Below, piece after piece: positions 35,280-43,664 of a DNA stretch of 51,234 nucleotides. The translations under genes were made by a program, and so were the position numbers. The stretch's first letter is position 1; the number at the start of each line of letters is the position of its first letter. Below the pieces are notes generated by a model, which was given only the letters and a program-made list of their open reading frames with translations, was not told the DNA's origin and did no database searches. Source of the DNA: a virus (taxonomy: Duplodnaviria; Caudoviricetes); IMG/VR virus record IMGVR_UViG_3300049433_000104, positions 1 through 51,234 of that record, one strand, 5' to 3'.

Positions 35280-38153
35280 CTAGAACGGTTCATCACCAAC
35301 CCCCGAATGGTGGTGGTGGTCGTGTGGCGGTCCGTGCTCCGATTGATGACTGGCGACTTCGGGCATGTCGTGCAAAGCCACATCGACATAGACGCGAATT
35401 CGCTTCGTATCGTCGCGCTTCAATTTCTTCTTCATGGTCAGCCCGAATCGCGTTTCGAACATCTTTGCGGTGCCGTTGACTTCGCACCAGAGTTTATAGG
35501 CGTCGTACATCGCGCGGCCGGTGACGCCTGGACCGCCAGGATCAGCCTTCACATGCGCTTCGACGAATTGGCCGCACGGGTCCATTTCAGCGAAGTGGTC
35601 GGCTGTTGTCTTAAGCACGTCGTCGGAAATGATCAGGCCGCTGTTCAGAAAATCGAGCGCGCCGGCGATCAGCCAGTTAAGAATGCCCGATCCCTCGGCA
35701 ACAATTCCCGAGACGACATCTTCGAAGTCGCGGTGCTTTTCCTCTGCGAGCGTCACGCTCCATTCGACGATGATCAGGCGGCGCTTCATGCCGCCGTCCG
35801 CGCCGTCGAATTTTGGTTCGCCGTTGCCGCTCATGTGCGGTTTCGCAGTCGGCTTGAATTCGAAATAGCCTTTGTACATCGTGCGCACTGGCCAGCGCTC
35901 GCCGCCGGTCAGCTTCTTGATGGTTTCCATCTTAAGCGGCGCATCCTTTGGCAATTCGGCAATGCGCAGGTATCGCTTGGCGTAGCAGCGCGCGATGTCC
36001 GGCGTCGGTGCGCTCGGGTTGTTCTGCACTTGGCCGGAAACCGTCTCAGCAGGTACGCCAGCCGACAGCCCGTCGCCGAACACGCGCGCCAGCACTTCAA
36101 GGTAAACACTCTTGCCGTTGCCGCCCGTGCCGGTGTGGAACATCACGCGCTGAACCGGCTGCGCTGTAAGGCTCATTCCCGAATACTGCTGGACCGTGCG
36201 GCGCTTCTTTGCCTCCGGCTGAAACAGATCGAGGAAGACGTTGAACTCTTTTGCTGTCGCCTTCGGATCGTAGGCGAAGGGGATCACAGCGGTTAGCATG
36301 TCGTCGCGATCGTGGCCGCGTTTGGCGCGAAGTTTATATTGAACGCGCCCGTTCTGGCGATCGACCAGCAGCCGCTTGCCCTCAGGGTCGGGATCTTCGT
36401 CGTCTATAATCGGAATGAACGTCAGGGTGTGCGTCAACGTTGCCACTTTGAGCGGGTCGGCGTTGAACGCGTCCGGATGCCGGCGCAAATGCGGCGCGGC
36501 ACATTTGAGCATCGCGGCAATACGTCCCGCGTTTTTGGTGGAGACGCCCCATTTGCGACGATTGGTTTTTCGCGTCGACAGCGCTGCGCGCGCTTTCTTT
36601 GCAGCTGTAACCAGTTCGGTCAGCGTTTCGCATCGCGCCCGTTCCTCTGTGCTGTCCGAATCCGGGTCTAAATCTTTCAATTCCTTTGCGGCGGCGTCGC
36701 CAGCCGAGACCGCGCGGGCTTCCGGCGGCGTGAAATCGATATAACCGGCTTCTTGTTTGATCAGGTCGCCGACGCGCTGACCGATCAGATGCGCCAATGC
36801 TTCGCCGCCCGCCAAATCCCAATGGGTGCCTGTCCAGGCGAGCATTTGTCCGGCCGGAACGTCGTCCTCTTGCCGCACCAACAGGTCGCGGCCGAAATAC
36901 GCTATCAGCCGTTGCCCGTTGTCGACATCCGATTGATCAAGGCCTGCGCAAAAGCGAAACGTATCGTCGCTGACCGTATCGTCAGGCGGCGGCGCTTCAT
37001 CGTCCGCGTCTTTGGCTTCGCCCTTTTCTGTTTTTGCGAGGGTTTGAGGGTCGCTTTTTTCCCCTGAGGGGGAACGGGGGAGAGGGTCGGAAGAAGAAGA
37101 ATCAGCCGCAGTAGGGGAAGAAGATGTGCGGACGGCCGCTTTACGCGGCCGACTTTCTCGATACGCCGCTGCGCGGCGTATCTCGTCTAAGTCGCGGGGC
37201 TGCGCTTTCCCTTTGCGGAACCCGGAGTCGATCGTGGCGCGCACCCCGCGCAGACCATCATCCTTGATCAAGCCGCAAACTGCCGCGGCATCCTCTAGCG
37301 CCGCGCGCACGAAGCCTTCGTGTAGCGCGCCGGCGGCCACCAGCTGCGCTAATTTCAGCGCGGCGATATTGAGCGCGTCGTTTCGACCGCCCGTCTGTGA
37401 CGCTCTCAAGGCCTGCAGCTCGGCATCGAGCGCGGCCAGGCCGTATTTGCGAACAGCTTCGTCACCGGCCGCGATGCTCGAGTCGCCGGCCGGCGGCCGC
37501 TTTACCGCAGCCGCGGCACGCGCGCCGATGCCCGATCCTTCATCGACATCGCGCCGATCGGCAAATTGACCACGGCGGAAGATAAGGTCGAGAAGCGCCG
37601 GCGGCGCGATCGCCGGCGCGGTGTCATGCGCCACGCCCCAGTGATAGGTCTTGCCGTCTTTGCGGAGCGACGGCGGCGCAATCACATAACCACCGTCACC
37701 GCGCACGTCGACGCGCTTGACGATATTGGCGCGGTTGCCTGGCGCTGCACCTTCGGCCGGTAATGCGAAGTATAGATGCACGCCGCCGCGGGGAGTATTG
37801 GCAAACAGCGTCGGCGGCAGCTTCGCGCCGATTTGCTTCTCCAGCTCGAGCTGCAGCGCGGCCGCTTCGTATACCTCGCCGGTTTTCTTATCCTCGCCGG
37901 CGTCGACGTCGACCACGAAGGCGCCGATCGCTTTGCCGGTCGGCAAGCCGATCATGGCGTTCGGCCAACGCGTCCACCACTCGCGGACCTGGTCGGGATC
38001 ACAGCTGGCCTTTTTTACGCCGCCAGAATTCGGGATCAGAGCGCCGTCGGCGTCCCTGTCACCTTTCACCAGCGGTTGCTTGGTGTCAGGGTGGCACGGA
38101 AACACCGGCCAGTTACGGGCGGCGAACGCTAGGGCATTTTGCAACATGCTCAT
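35280..38153 (-). CDS. Bifunctional primase/polymerase fused to a P4/D5-type SF3 helicase
   Basis: WPVFPC, VVDVD, TPRGGVHLYF, VDVRGDGGYVIAPPS; D5_N-like region; GTGGNGKS Walker A; IKKLTGGE. Confidence 0.93.
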   Translation of the reverse strand: MSMLQNALAFAARNWPVFPCHPDTKQPLVKGDRDADGALIPNSGGVKKASCDPDQVREWWTRWPNAMIGLPTGKAIGAFVVDVDAGEDKKTGEVYEAAALQLELEKQIGAKLPPTLFANTPRGGVHLYFALPAEGAAPGNRANIVKRVDVRGDGGYVIAPPSLRKDGKTYHWGVAHDTAPAIAPPALLDLIFRRGQFADRRDVDEGSGIGARAAAAVKRPPAGDSSIAAGDEAVRKYGLAALDAELQALRASQTGGRNDALNIAALKLAQLVAAGALHEGFVRAALEDAAAVCGLIKDDGLRGVRATIDSGFRKGKAQPRDLDEIRRAAAYRESRPRKAAVRTSSSPTAADSSSSDPLPRSPSGEKSDPQTLAKTEKGEAKDADDEAPPPDDTVSDDTFRFCAGLDQSDVDNGQRLIAYFGRDLLVRQEDDVPAGQMLAWTGTHWDLAGGEALAHLIGQRVGDLIKQEAGYIDFTPPEARAVSAGDAAAKELKDLDPDSDSTEERARCETLTELVTAAKKARAALSTRKTNRRKWGVSTKNAGRIAAMLKCAAPHLRRHPDAFNADPLKVATLTHTLTFIPIIDDEDPDPEGKRLLVDRQNGRVQYKLRAKRGHDRDDMLTAVIPFAYDPKATAKEFNVFLDLFQPEAKKRRTVQQYSGMSLTAQPVQRVMFHTGTGGNGKSVYLEVLARVFGDGLSAGVPAETVSGQVQNNPSAPTPDIARCYAKRYLRIAELPKDAPLKMETIKKLTGGERWPVRTMYKGYFEFKPTAKPHMSGNGEPKFDGADGGMKRRLIIVEWSVTLAEEKHRDFEDVVSGIVAEGSGILNWLIAGALDFLNSGLIISDDVLKTTADHFAEMDPCGQFVEAHVKADPGGPGVTGRAMYDAYKLWCEVNGTAKMFETRFGLTMKKKLKRDDTKRIRVYVDVALHDMPEVASHQSEHGPPHDHHHHSGVGDEPF

Positions 38154-38533
38154 GCCTTGAAGCGCTCCAACAATTCCACGTCGCTCATGATTTTATCGAT
38201 CAGCCGCACGATGCCGGCGAAGTCGTCGCGCCGTTCCACCTGTTCAGGCATCGGCTCTTTAAGCTCGCCGTCGCGAACACGAGCGTCCTGACTTATCTCG
38301 ATTCTCTCGGCTTCTAGAAATGCCGTTCGTTGCATTCGATTCAGCGAGGTTTTGCCTGTCGGCGGTTTATGCCGGCGCCAGCAGCGATCGGCGCGATCGT
38401 TTGCGTCTGCTGCGAGATCAACCAACAGCGACCGCAAGGCTTCACGCTCGGCCCGCGGACGCGCCTGCAGCTTTTTCATGCCAGGCAGAGCCAACAAAGG
38501 ATTGCGGACAAACGGCCGCGCTGATCGGTTCAT
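38150..38533 (-). CDS. Hypothetical phage protein
   Basis: ATGA-coupled ORF in the early operon. Confidence 0.6.
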   Translation of the reverse strand: MNRSARPFVRNPLLALPGMKKLQARPRAEREALRSLLVDLAADANDRADRCWRRHKPPTGKTSLNRMQRTAFLEAERIEISQDARVRDGELKEPMPEQVERRDDFAGIVRLIDKIMSDVELLERFKA

Positions 38534-38802
38534 GCTACACCGTTCGGCCGCAGGCCTGCGGCGTTCAGCCAGTCGTTAATTTTGCCGAGCACCTGCCGGT
38601 GTGCTTCGTCTATATCGCGCGCCGGTGTCCAGGCTGCGGATGATGTGAAGGGAAGATTGATCCGGAAGCACAACGGATAAAGACTGCGCGGATCATGCAC
38701 CGGCCCGATCTCGCCGACCGGTATCCTGCCGAGCATTATCGATTCACGGCCAGGAGAAAGCGGATTGAATGTCACCACGCCGTGATGCGATTCCATGCTC
38801 AT
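38530..38802 (-). CDS. Hypothetical phage protein
   Basis: ATGA-coupled 90-aa ORF. Confidence 0.6.
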   Translation of the reverse strand: MSMESHHGVVTFNPLSPGRESIMLGRIPVGEIGPVHDPRSLYPLCFRINLPFTSSAAWTPARDIDEAHRQVLGKINDWLNAAGLRPNGVA

Positions 38803-39113
38803 TCGGCACCCGGCTTGTTTTCGACCGCGTCAGAATCAGGAGCTGGTGCGACGGCGATCCGCTGCAGCGCTTCGCGAACATCGGCAAAGGTCCAACATCG
38901 GCAATCGGTGCGACCGTTGCCGAAGTCGAACAGTGTCAGTTCCTCATATGGAAGATTGTTTTGACCGGTTCGCCACGCCGCCAGGCAGCAGATCGCCGGC
39001 GGCGTGTCGTTTTCCGATATCGAGACGGTCCAGCCATTGGCCAGGCGCAGCCAACACCTGCCGCCCTTTACAGCGGACAGGTCGACGTAAGGCGCTAGCC
39101 GATCTTTCCGCAT
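38799..39113 (-). CDS. Hypothetical phage protein
   Basis: ATGA-coupled 104-aa ORF. Confidence 0.6.
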   Translation of the reverse strand: MRKDRLAPYVDLSAVKGGRCWLRLANGWTVSISENDTPPAICCLAAWRTGQNNLPYEELTLFDFGNGRTDCRCWTFADVREALQRIAVAPAPDSDAVENKPGAE

Positions 39114-39119
39114 TTGCGA

Positions 39120-41060
39120 TCAGCCCTTGCGCGCTTTTTTCGCCTTGGACTTTTTGGCGGCCGTTTTCTTCGCAGGTTTCTTTGAAGCCGCCGCGCGCGT
39201 CGCCGGCGAGGCTGTCGCCTTTTTTGCCTTTGGCTGCGCTGGTGCAATTCCGCCCGGCTTGGGCGGTCCCGGAACAAACGGCGCCGCAGCCTTCAACGCC
39301 GGCGGCTTGTAGTGTGTGGTGCGAAGTTCTTTCGGCAGCCAACCGGTCTTTGCGACGTTGACCTTGGCAAACTTGCCAACGTCGGACTTGGTTTTTGCGG
39401 CAAGCTTCCGCGCTTCGTCGGGGTTAATGGCTTCCGCGATTGCTTTCAGAACAAGCCCCTTCGGCGCATTGGCGAAATAGTCGTCAGCATCGAAATGCTT
39501 CGCGATCGTGGCGCTGATGATCGCGGCGGGCAGCGCTTCGCGCAGCGCCGTCATTTTGGTCCGTATTTCATCCGGCATGTTTACATGGCTGCCATTGACC
39601 CTAATTTGGGCACAGACGATTTTGGCAAGCGCGCCAGCCAGCGGCGATTTTAGCAGCTCACATGGAAGTTCGGCCGCCTCCGCGATCGCGCCGCGCGTGG
39701 CTGCTACAAGCTGCGCCCTCAGGCGATCGGCCAACGCGTTGGAAACCGTCGTCGACTCCGGAGCTGGCTTTCCTTCGGCGGCGGCCTGCTTTATCTCGGC
39801 CTGTTTGGTTTCGCGCTTAACCGTCTTTTGCTCTTGCGCTGCGGCTTCCTTTTTAGCCGGCTTCACGCGGCCGTATTCGATATCGATCAAGCCATCATCA
39901 TCAATGCCGACAAAGCAACCCGCCGTCGCCATCAACTTCGCTTGATAACTTCGCAATGTGATGGTGCGGTCCAGGTCGCAATATTCGAGATAGGCCCGCT
40001 GCTGCGACCCGTTCAGTTCTGCCAGCGATTCGCCTTGGTAATAACCGTGGCGAACAGCGTTTCCTGGATTAAACACCGCATTCAATTCGTCGAGCCGCTT
40101 CAATTCATCTTCGCTCGGCTTTTTCTCTATGTTCAACCGACCATAGCTATGCTGCGAATTGCGAACCGCCTCCGTCGTGACGGCAAAACTCCAGCCGGCG
40201 GCCACCAACCCTGCGCATTCGTTCTTGAGCTTTTCGGCCGCCATCGCCTTGGCAAGTTTCGGATCGGAAACCTTGTGATCGGTTCCGAATAGGTCGCGCG
40301 TCACCTTCCCGCCGCGCTTCACATACGCATCGATGCCGACAAACTCGACCATAGTTCCAGAATTATCGTTGCCGATCTTCAGCATCGATTTGACTTCGTC
40401 TCCTTCGACTTCGATCAGATCGCACCCGCGGCCGGCTTCGGCATCGGCCTTCAGGTTGTCGAAGATGGTATCCTGCGCCTTGTGATCGGGCGCGAGCGTG
40501 AACGCCTTCGCGGCCGTCGCCTTGATTTCTCCCTTGCGCCAGGCATCACGGATCCGCGGCGACAGATGGCCGAGCGCAAGCGCCTGTTGGACTTCACGCT
40601 CAGTCATCCCGTATTGCCGAGCGATCTCTTCCTCTGTTTTGCCGCCACGATCGCGCAGCCGGGCGAAGGCTTCGTACTGGTCGACAGGATGCAATTGCTT
40701 CGCGGTCACCGCCGTGGTCAATGATTGCTCAAACGCCACGTTTTCGTCGACGTCATGGGAAGTGACCCGGACGAGGTGCGTGCTGGTCTCGCTGTAGATC
40801 ATGTGAAACGCCGCAAGCCGGCGATTGCCGTTGCTGACCGAATACATATCCCGCGCGCCCTTCCATCCCTCCGGGACCGGTAGGCCGGGATCATCACCGC
40901 AACGACGGACTACAAGGTTCTCGATCTGCCCGTTGGCGTGAAGGTTGGCGGCGAGTTCAGCAATACCGTCCTGCCGGCCAGTGATCCGCGCATTGGTGCC
41001 GGCACCATCTTCCTGGCCGAATTTCAGGCGGTTAAGTGGGATTTCGAAATCCATGGTCAT
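39120..41060 (-). CDS. ParB/Spo0J-like protein with a histone-like basic tail
   Basis: IAELAANLHANGQIENLVV, NGNRRLAA, LHPVDQYEAF, HTH EEEIARQYGMTEREV. Confidence 0.85.
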   Translation of the reverse strand: MTMDFEIPLNRLKFGQEDGAGTNARITGRQDGIAELAANLHANGQIENLVVRRCGDDPGLPVPEGWKGARDMYSVSNGNRRLAAFHMIYSETSTHLVRVTSHDVDENVAFEQSLTTAVTAKQLHPVDQYEAFARLRDRGGKTEEEIARQYGMTEREVQQALALGHLSPRIRDAWRKGEIKATAAKAFTLAPDHKAQDTIFDNLKADAEAGRGCDLIEVEGDEVKSMLKIGNDNSGTMVEFVGIDAYVKRGGKVTRDLFGTDHKVSDPKLAKAMAAEKLKNECAGLVAAGWSFAVTTEAVRNSQHSYGRLNIEKKPSEDELKRLDELNAVFNPGNAVRHGYYQGESLAELNGSQQRAYLEYCDLDRTITLRSYQAKLMATAGCFVGIDDDGLIDIEYGRVKPAKKEAAAQEQKTVKRETKQAEIKQAAAEGKPAPESTTVSNALADRLRAQLVAATRGAIAEAAELPCELLKSPLAGALAKIVCAQIRVNGSHVNMPDEIRTKMTALREALPAAIISATIAKHFDADDYFANAPKGLVLKAIAEAINPDEARKLAAKTKSDVGKFAKVNVAKTGWLPKELRTTHYKPPALKAAAPFVPGPPKPGGIAPAQPKAKKATASPATRAAASKKPAKKTAAKKSKAKKARKG

Positions 41061-41398
41061 GCTCCTCCCTGTTGGACGTTTGATAATTCACGCAACAAAT
41101 CCGCAGCTCGGCCGATCACCGACGCCGCAGAACCGTTCGGATCGCGCTTCATTGATTTGCTTATGATGTCGGCCGGGCAGCCGTACTGCAGCAACATCGA
41201 AAACAAGATCGCGGCATCGGCGACCATCAAGTCCGCGGCTGAATCAACCTTTTGCGCGTTCAAAAATACTTCAACGATCGGCCCGACCGCGCCACGATCG
41301 AACTCGCGACCGAAACCGATCTTGAAGCGCTGGCCTTCGTGCTCGATCGCGACGACTTCGTGATGTCTGCGATCGGAAACGCGCTTGCGCGTCGTCAT
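41057..41398 (-). CDS. Stand-alone TSCPD (NrdJb-like) domain protein
   Basis: RKRVSDRR, EVFLN, AILFSMLLQYGCP, ASVI pattern of the class II RNR C-terminal domain. Confidence 0.7.
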   Translation of the reverse strand: MTTRKRVSDRRHHEVVAIEHEGQRFKIGFGREFDRGAVGPIVEVFLNAQKVDSAADLMVADAAILFSMLLQYGCPADIISKSMKRDPNGSAASVIGRAADLLRELSNVQQGGA

Positions 41399-41688
41399 TG
41401 CAGCCCCGCGCTTTCAATGATGCCTTCGGCTTTCACACGGGCTTGCGGCAGATACTCCTCGATTGCTTCCATGATCGCGTCGCGGCCCGCGTCCTCAACA
41501 TGTGCAAAACAGACGCCTATGACGGCCGTCATCGCGCCCGCCATAAAGCATTGCACTTGCTCAATGGCAGAAAGAGCCTTGTAGTCTTTGCTTTCCATGG
41601 CGCGCGTTGCCAGCTCGGCGATATCCTTGCGGATTTGATCCGCCGCGCGTTCGAAAGGATGCTCAGCGTTATACGGTTGCAGTTTCAT
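41395..41688 (-). CDS. Hypothetical phage protein
   Basis: ATGA-coupled 97-aa ORF. Confidence 0.6.
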   Translation of the reverse strand: MKLQPYNAEHPFERAADQIRKDIAELATRAMESKDYKALSAIEQVQCFMAGAMTAVIGVCFAHVEDAGRDAIMEAIEEYLPQARVKAEGIIESAGLQ

Positions 41689-42764
41689 GCCGCCTTCCCC
41701 GTAAATTCGAGTTCATCGCCCCAGCTGATCCAGCCTGGACGCGGCCGGCGCGCCTGCAGCTCGAGATACGGCCCTTCGGTAAGCCGCTCGATCCGCTCCA
41801 GTGCTTCGTCGGGTTTGCGGGAATGCTCCATCACCGGCGCGATGATCAGCTGCCGCACGTCGGCATAAAGCCGTTTCGGCTTGCCCTTGGTCGCCATCCA
41901 ACAATCTTCTGGATTAGCGCGCGTCCAGAAGCCCTGGCCCATGTGCCATCCTTCGCCGGAAGGATTTTGCTTCACCCATGTGAACGCAGTGGTCACATGT
42001 CGCAAACCGTAATGCGCCAAAAGATCGAGCGCATCCTGCGGACACCAGTCGACCATCCACATGTAAAAAGCCGCGTCGTCGTCCAGCAGTTCGCCGACAG
42101 GAAGGTTCTTTATTTTGGCCACCTCTTCCGTCTTGTAATGAATGTTGGCGCTTCGGCCGTCGCCGAGCGGCGAGCGCGTCAGAAACTTCCACTGCGGATC
42201 GGACGACGCAGACTTGGCGCGAAACCCGGACAGGGCGAGCCGCCCGAGATCTTCAACGGTGCCGCCGTTCATCGTGCGCGCGGCGTGATCGTCACGGCGC
42301 TGCTGCTGCTGAGCGAATTTTCCCGCCTGGTCGACCGGATCGACCACGATCGACTTGCCTGCGGCCATCTTCGTTCGCATGCCGGCGATCGCAGCTTCAA
42401 ACCCATCCGGCTGCATTGCCGCCGCCTGCTGCGCTTTCGCTGACAGCTTCCTATCGACGCCGATGTCTTTCAACGTGGCAGGCGGCAATCCGCCGATCGT
42501 TTCGACCAGTGTTTTAGGTCTGCCTTTACCATCCTGCAGCAGGCCGGAAGCCCTTGCTTCCTGCAGCAACTCGCCCAACCGACGTTCGACGCGCATCTGA
42601 AATTCCGTCGCATCGGCCAGCAAGGCGCGATCGCGTATCTGGCGCGCGTGCAACTTGACGTGCTCGATTTCATCGCGGCTGGCCAGGACGCGGTCGACTC
42701 GAGTCGCCTGCAGGGCTTCCCCGAGCGCCACCAGCGCGCGATCGTATTGCGCCAGCAACATCAT
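41685..42764 (-). CDS. MT-A70 family N6-adenine methyltransferase with an N-terminal extension
   Basis: DPQW (motif IV), HY.T, FTWVK, GQGFWTRANPE, EHSRKPDE, YLELQAR, WGDE; ATGA overlap at 42764. Confidence 0.88.
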   Translation of the reverse strand: MMLLAQYDRALVALGEALQATRVDRVLASRDEIEHVKLHARQIRDRALLADATEFQMRVERRLGELLQEARASGLLQDGKGRPKTLVETIGGLPPATLKDIGVDRKLSAKAQQAAAMQPDGFEAAIAGMRTKMAAGKSIVVDPVDQAGKFAQQQQRRDDHAARTMNGGTVEDLGRLALSGFRAKSASSDPQWKFLTRSPLGDGRSANIHYKTEEVAKIKNLPVGELLDDDAAFYMWMVDWCPQDALDLLAHYGLRHVTTAFTWVKQNPSGEGWHMGQGFWTRANPEDCWMATKGKPKRLYADVRQLIIAPVMEHSRKPDEALERIERLTEGPYLELQARRPRPGWISWGDELEFTGKAA

Positions 42765-43408
42765 GCGGAGATTTCGCTGGTCTCTCGGCACCGCCGCGGC
42801 CGCCGGAAAATACCGTGAGCGGTTGCAATCGCGCTGACATCACCAGGCTCGATCAACCAGTCAACTGCGATTTCTACATAAGGCGTACCCTCGGCAACCG
42901 CTGCCAGAATCGACGCAACGCCGCTCTCATCCAATTCCAAACGCCGCATGAGATGCGTTAAATCTTTTCGATAGGCCTTCTTACGCTCCTTGTTCTCCGG
43001 ACGCTGAGCGTAGGCCTTCTTACGCTCCTTGTTCTCCGGACGCTGAGCGTAGGCCTTCTTACGCTCCTTGTTCTCCGGACGCTGAGCGTAGGCCTTCTGA
43101 CGCTCCTTGTTCTCCGGACGCTGAGCGTAGGCCTTCTGACGCTCCTTGTTCTCCGGACGCTGAGCGTAGGCCTTCTGACGCTCCTTGTTCTCCGCGTACC
43201 AACGCTGAGCGTAGGCCTTCTTACGCTCCTTGTTCTCCGGACGCTGAGCGTAGGCCTTCTGACGCTCCTTGTTCTCCGGACGCTGAGCGTAGGCCTTCTT
43301 ACGCTCCTTGTTCTCCGGACGCTGAGCGTAGGCCTTCTTACGCTCCTTGTTCTCCGCGTACCAACGCTGAGCGTAGGCCTTCTTACGCTCCTTGTCTTTA
43401 TACGGCAT
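42761..43408 (-). CDS. Charged tandem-repeat protein with a C-terminal HTH-like segment
   Basis: GGAG RBS, MPYKDK start, ER(K/Q)KAYAQR(P/WYA)ENK x10, then GTPYVEIAVDWLIEPGDVSAIA. Confidence 0.75.
   Translation of the reverse strand: MPYKDKERKKAYAQRWYAENKERKKAYAQRPENKERKKAYAQRPENKERQKAYAQRPENKERKKAYAQRWYAENKERQKAYAQRPENKERQKAYAQRPENKERQKAYAQRPENKERKKAYAQRPENKERKKAYAQRPENKERKKAYRKDLTHLMRRLELDESGVASILAAVAEGTPYVEIAVDWLIEPGDVSAIATAHGIFRRPRRCRETSEISA
42972..43395. repeat. Coding tandem repeat: eight 39-bp and two 45-bp units plus a partial unit
   Basis: Unit TAGGCCTTCT(T/G)ACGCTCCTTGTTCTCCGGACGCTGAGCG; the 45-bp variant has CGTACCA in place of one G. Confidence 0.97.
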
Positions 43409-43664
43409 GGCCACTCCCCCTGTTCTCTCGGATGAAGGCACAGGCGAGCTGATAGCCGGGGATGCTCAAGGCGAAGAACGGACCCTCGAGCGACGGCGCG
43501 TCACACGCCTGCCGGTACCAGACCTCGACGACGCCGCGGCGCCGCAGTTCTTTGACGTCGCCGCGCTGGCGCGCGGCGAGCGTTACGCGCCCGCTTGCGC
43601 CGGCACGTAAGAGCGCGATCTCGTAGCGGTTCAGACGACGGCGACGGGCGGAACCACCGTTCAC
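43398..43664 (-). CDS. Hypothetical phage protein
   Basis: GTGA-coupled 88-aa ORF. Confidence 0.55.
   Translation of the reverse strand: MNGGSARRRRLNRYEIALLRAGASGRVTLAARQRGDVKELRRRGVVEVWYRQACDAPSLEGPFFALSIPGYQLACAFIRENRGSGHAV

Noticed and set aside
42972-43395. CRISPR array
   Set aside because: Units are contiguous with no unique spacers, lengths are multiples of 3 within an ORF, and there are no cas genes.
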